From Phycisphaeraceae bacterium (GTDB lineage Bacteria; Planctomycetota; Phycisphaerae; Phycisphaerales; Zrk34), in contig JBBDRF010000072.1 of the NCBI GenBank assembly GCA_040905565.1, forward strand, positions 1-18,854: DNA of 18,854 nucleotides, in the 5' to 3' direction. The translations under genes and the position numbers were made by a program. The notes under the pieces were generated by a model, which was not told the DNA's origin, searched no databases, and was given only the letters and a program-made list of their open reading frames with translations. Shown here one piece after another: positions 15,393 through 18,854 of the stretch. The number at the start of each line of letters is the position of its first letter. The first letter of the stretch is position 1.

Positions 15393-16139
15393 ATGAAACA
15401 TGACGCATTGGCCCCGACCGCCAGCCGCTACGCAGCATACGGTGCCGTGCTCTTTGGCTGGTTGTTACTGCTGCCGCACATCGCGAAAATCGGCGGCGTC
15501 GATGCCTTCCGCGACGGGGCCATCGTCGAATGGTTTCAGTTCATCGTCGTTCTCGCCGCGGCCGGCCTCTTCGCCGTCGCAGCCTACCGCTTGCCGCAAT
15601 GGCGTCAGCTCCTCAGCGTGCTCGCTATGTTCGCCCTTATCGCCGCCGTTCGCGAACAGGACGCGCTGCTCGACCGCACCGTGCCCTGGATGCTCGGTTG
15701 GAAGGGCCCCGCACTCGCTTGTCTGATCGTCGGACTCATCGCCGCGGTGCGCGATCTGCCCCGCTTCGGCGCTCAGCTCGAACCGTTCGCACGCACGAAC
15801 GGCTTCGCCATCCTCTGGACCGGCGCGTTCGCCGTCATCTGTGCCGCCCAGATGATCGGCCACGGCGACCTGCTTCGCATCATCACAGCCGACGCCTACG
15901 ACGCCGACGCCAAACGGGTCGTCGAAGAAGCCTTCGAATCCTTCGGCTACCTGCTCCTGCTCGCCGGTACCGTCGAAACACTCGTCCACCTGCCGCACAT
16001 GGCCCCTTCACCGATCTGGCGCCGCGGCCTCAATGAATCACCCCTCGCGGCCCACGAATCCCCGGAAGTCGATGAGCCGCGCGAATCGCTCAGCAAGCCT
16101 CGTCTGCGTCGCCGCGATACCGAATCCACTCGAGCATAA
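15393..16139 (+). CDS. Polytopic membrane protein of unknown function, 248 aa
   Basis: About six hydrophobic segments with charged motifs EWFQ, REQD and EEAFESFGY; GGAG upstream of ATG 15393; the 3' end overlaps truA by 50 nt. Confidence 0.82.
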   Translation: MKHDALAPTASRYAAYGAVLFGWLLLLPHIAKIGGVDAFRDGAIVEWFQFIVVLAAAGLFAVAAYRLPQWRQLLSVLAMFALIAAVREQDALLDRTVPWMLGWKGPALACLIVGLIAAVRDLPRFGAQLEPFARTNGFAILWTGAFAVICAAQMIGHGDLLRIITADAYDADAKRVVEEAFESFGYLLLLAGTVETLVHLPHMAPSPIWRRGLNESPLAAHESPEVDEPRESLSKPRLRRRDTESTRA

Positions 16140-16953
16140 GCCCGTGCGCCGGCGCCGTCGGCCCCGCCGCTGCCCGGTCTCCCTCCGTCAACAACCGCTG
16201 CACATGGCTCGGCCCCCAACGGCCCCGACCAATATCAACCAGCGTCCCCACAACGATGCGCACCATGTTGTAAAGAAACCCGTTCCCGCTGACGATCACG
16301 TGCAGCTCCGGCCCGCCGAGCACCGGGTCCCTCGGCATCGCGAGCACTTCGCACTTGTTGATCGTCCGCACCGTCGTCTGCCGCCCGTGTCCCGCCGTCG
16401 CGAAGCCGGCGAAATCGTGCTCGCCCTCCAGCATCGCCGCCGCCTCGCGCATCGCCTGCACATCCAAAGGCGTCCAGCAGTGCCACACCATCCGCCGAAG
16501 GTGCAACGGCCGATGTTCCGTCGTCCAGATGCGATAGCGATACTGCTTGGCCACCGCCGTGCGAATCGCATCGAAGCCAGGTGGCGCCAGCGCCACCTCC
16601 CGCACCTCCACGTCCGCAGGCAACTGACAGTTGATAGCCTTGGCGATGCGATCAAGCGGAATCCGCGTGGCGGCATCGAAGTGAGCCGCCTGACCCACCG
16701 CATGCACCCCCGAGTCGGTCCGCGAGGCACCCTGCAGTTTGATCGGCTGCCCCAGCGCTCGCTGCATCGCATCACGCAAGACGCCCTGCACGGTGCGCAT
16801 CGGCGCTTCGCCCGGCCGCTGCTGATGCTGCCAGCCGTAGAACTCGCTGCCGTCGTAAGCGATGCGCATCCGGTAGCGCAGCGTCGGCTCGACCGCCTCG
16901 GTTTCGCCAATCTCTAAGCCTGCTGTAATCTGATGATGCGTCGACACGGTCAC
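16090..16953 (-). CDS. truA: tRNA pseudouridine(38-40) synthase
   Basis: IAYDGSEFYGWQ, GASRTDSGVHA (catalytic Asp), GEHDFAGF, GNGFLYNMVRIVVGTL, AGPTAPAHGL. The GTG start overlaps the upstream TGA (GTGA coupling). Confidence 0.97.
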   Translation of the reverse strand: MTVSTHHQITAGLEIGETEAVEPTLRYRMRIAYDGSEFYGWQHQQRPGEAPMRTVQGVLRDAMQRALGQPIKLQGASRTDSGVHAVGQAAHFDAATRIPLDRIAKAINCQLPADVEVREVALAPPGFDAIRTAVAKQYRYRIWTTEHRPLHLRRMVWHCWTPLDVQAMREAAAMLEGEHDFAGFATAGHGRQTTVRTINKCEVLAMPRDPVLGGPELHVIVSGNGFLYNMVRIVVGTLVDIGRGRWGPSHVQRLLTEGDRAAAGPTAPAHGLMLEWIRYRGDADEAC

Positions 16954-17447
16954 TTCCCGTCGGCCACTTCTACGTGCACCGCTCCGCCCTTGAGCAACCC
17001 GCCGTCGCGCACCACGCCGACGTAAAGATCGTGATCGCCCTCAATGTCCAGATGCCGAACCAACTCGCAATCGACGAACGCCTGCGTGCGCGCCAGGATC
17101 GGCGAGCCCGTCGCACGTCGCATGATCTCCAGGCTCTCCAGCGGATCCTCATCAAGCGTGTCCGCACTGAACTTCCGCAGCGTGAGCTTGTCGTCCGCAG
17201 CCACCTGACTAAGCGCAAAGCTGTGCGACTCGTGAATCAAAGGCACGATCTCGCGTCCCTTCTCCAGTGCCACCAGCACCATCGCGGGCTCGGCGGAAAC
17301 CTGCTGCACCCACGAAACGAGCACGCCACGTGTTCGGCCGTCGTGCCCGGCCGTGAGAAGGAAACGCCCGCAAGGGATGCGGCTGAGCACCGCGTTCACA
17401 GCCTCTCGCGTCTGCGCGTCCAGCGTCGAAGTCGATGGGTCTTTCAT
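16950..17447 (-). CDS. Flavin reductase-like FMN-binding protein
   Basis: LSRIPCG, VSWVQQVSAEPAM, TGSPIL and GDHDLYVG motifs of the Flavin_Reduct family. Confidence 0.9.
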   Translation of the reverse strand: MKDPSTSTLDAQTREAVNAVLSRIPCGRFLLTAGHDGRTRGVLVSWVQQVSAEPAMVLVALEKGREIVPLIHESHSFALSQVAADDKLTLRKFSADTLDEDPLESLEIMRRATGSPILARTQAFVDCELVRHLDIEGDHDLYVGVVRDGGLLKGGAVHVEVADGK

Positions 17448-17510
17448 GCGCTCATACCCTCACTTTCGGTCGATCAGAGGATACGCCACCCGATCCGCCT
17501 CGGCAAAGGC

Positions 17511-17626
17511 GGGTGCCCCGGCCAGCGAAGACGGCCGGGCGGGATAGCTGCACGAATGAACGCCCCAAGCGGACGCGAGCAATCACCCGGCCGTCTCGCG
17601 AAGCGCTCGCTGGCCGGGGCACCCCT
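17511..17626 (-). repeat. REPIN/MITE-like palindromic element, family A, copy 2
   Basis: Its reverse complement aligns without gaps to 735-850: arms match 40 of 42 and 37 of 40, the core 16 of 34. Confidence 0.9.
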
Positions 17627-17633
17627 GCCCGCG

Positions 17634-18401
17634 CTACCCCCCGTCGATCGCGCGCGTGAGGGCCTCGGCCAGGGCGTGGCCGGCGACTCGGGCGTGGCGG
17701 CCGAGGCGCATCAGCGGGCCGATCGAGCGTGGATGCGTGATCGCATATCGTGCCGCGGCCGCCAGATCGGGCCGACCGTCGGGCCGGGTCAGCGCGAGGG
17801 CGAAGGCGGGCAGGGCCTCGTCGGCAGCATCGCTGACCGCCCGAATGCAGGTCCACGGCACCCCATGCTCATCAAACCAGCCAGCAATCGCAGCGGACTC
17901 CATATCGACCGCGTCGGCGCCGGTCTCGGCGCGCAGTCGGGTCTTGTCGGCGATCTCACCGACCAAAGTTTCACAGGTGACGAGTCGGCCGGCGGGCGAC
18001 TGACTCGGCGCGGTCGGGTGGTAAATCGCGCCGGTCGACTGCCGCATCAGGTCGGTCGGCTCGAGCACATCGCCGACGCTCAGGGCGGGGTCGGTGGCAC
18101 CGGCGAAACCGGCAATAATCACCCGTTTAGGTGGCGTAATGGCGCACAATGACGTCGTCGCGGCCACCGCTCGCTCGGTCCCCATGCCCGTCACGGCGAC
18201 GATGATTCGGCCGCTTGCACCCCGGTCACCTTCGTAAACAATCGCTCCGTGACGCCCCCGTGCGCGCACCAACCGCAACCGTCTGACCAGCGGTGCGATC
18301 TCGCTGGTGACGGCACAGACGATCAGCGTCACCGTCGGCTGCTGGACATCATCAGACGTTATATGAATATCGTGTTCCGCCACTTGCCCAGTTTCCACCA
18401 A
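17634..18401 (-). CDS. Nucleoside phosphorylase family protein (PNP_UDP_1; HpnG/MTAN-like)
   Basis: TGMG, IAGFAGA, AVDMES and IRAVSD motifs, with an HpnG-like C-terminal insert (DGRPDL...HP...LMRLGR). Start codon uncertain. Confidence 0.85.
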   Translation of the reverse strand: MVETGQVAEHDIHITSDDVQQPTVTLIVCAVTSEIAPLVRRLRLVRARGRHGAIVYEGDRGASGRIIVAVTGMGTERAVAATTSLCAITPPKRVIIAGFAGATDPALSVGDVLEPTDLMRQSTGAIYHPTAPSQSPAGRLVTCETLVGEIADKTRLRAETGADAVDMESAAIAGWFDEHGVPWTCIRAVSDAADEALPAFALALTRPDGRPDLAAAARYAITHPRSIGPLMRLGRHARVAGHALAEALTRAIDGG

Positions 18402-18508
18402 TCACCGATAAAGAACAACCCCCCCCACCCCCCCCACCTCGTGCGACGCGTGTGGGGCCGATTGGTGGGGGCGGGGGGGTGAAACATTCTATCTGGAGGA
18501 CGATGATA

Positions 18509-18799
18509 ATGGCTGTTGAACACATGGTTTGGCTTAAGTTTAACGAGGGTGTTTCCGCCGATCGGGTGGAGGAGCACGTGGAGAATCTCCGGTCGCTGGC
18601 GGGGCGAATTCCGGTGGTTGAGTCTGTAAAAATAGGCAAAAGCTTCACCGACCGCGCCCGCGGGTTCACGCATGGGATGATCGTGACGCTGGCGGACCGG
18701 GAGGCTTTGCCGCTGTATCTCAATCATCCTGATCACATCGACGTGGCCGGCCCGTTGCGGGAAGATGCTGAGGTCATGGCGATGGATATCGAGGAATAA
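18509..18799 (+). CDS. Dabb family stress-responsive alpha/beta-barrel protein, 96 aa
   Basis: VEHMVWLKF, L..RIP.V, GFTHGMIVT, YLNHPDH; GGAGGA RBS 8 nt before ATG 18509. Confidence 0.92.
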   Translation: MAVEHMVWLKFNEGVSADRVEEHVENLRSLAGRIPVVESVKIGKSFTDRARGFTHGMIVTLADREALPLYLNHPDHIDVAGPLREDAEVMAMDIEE

Positions 18800-18820
18800 G
18801 CGAGCGGGGGGGGGAATGGT

Positions 18821-18848
18821 GTGCCACTGGTGGCTTGTCCACCAGTGC
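18821..18848 (+). repeat. REP-like palindrome, family C
   Basis: GTGC-CACTGGTGG-CTTGT-CCACCAGTG-C forms a 9-bp perfect stem; a partial copy lies at 5238-5251. Confidence 0.7.
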
Positions 18849-18854
18849 CGTCAT

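Noticed and set aside
16033..18152. Plus-strand ORFs 16033-16917 and 16974-18152
   Set aside because: Antisense to truA, the flavin reductase and the phosphorylase, and the second runs through a repeat element.

Overview
GC-rich bacterial chromosomal segment. Gene content and repeat types suggest Planctomycetota, probably Phycisphaerae (inference only). It holds about 17 protein genes, one tRNA and one 19-codon leader ORF; I saw no transposase, integrase, prophage or CRISPR array. Left half, mostly cell envelope and signalling: a lipoprotein, a ~1400-aa secreted beta-propeller/TPR-like protein, a small lipoprotein, a membrane-anchored Amidase_2/PGRP-family protein, a Hanks-type Ser/Thr kinase, tRNA-Arg(UCG), a 3D-domain protein and a HEAT/TPR protein. 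Right half, mostly metabolic: leuA, a hypothetical protein, a HAL2-type bisphosphate nucleotidase, a degenerate QueC-like protein, deoC, a membrane protein, truA, a flavin reductase, an HpnG-like phosphorylase and a Dabb protein. Best observations: (1) a complete leucine attenuator before leuA that the ORF track misses (leader peptide with three CTA codons plus 1:2, 2:3 and 3:4 hairpins); (2) a PGRP-like protein with the Cys-to-Ser change of non-catalytic peptidoglycan receptors, next to a non-RD kinase with a structured 5' leader; (3) a shared sigma28/WhiG-like promoter motif before these genes and the QueC-like gene; (4) a QueC-fold probable pseudoenzyme; (5) several REP/REPIN-like repeat families, including a 116-bp element with conserved arms and a fixed-length variable 34-nt core. 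All calls are by eye, with no database searches.
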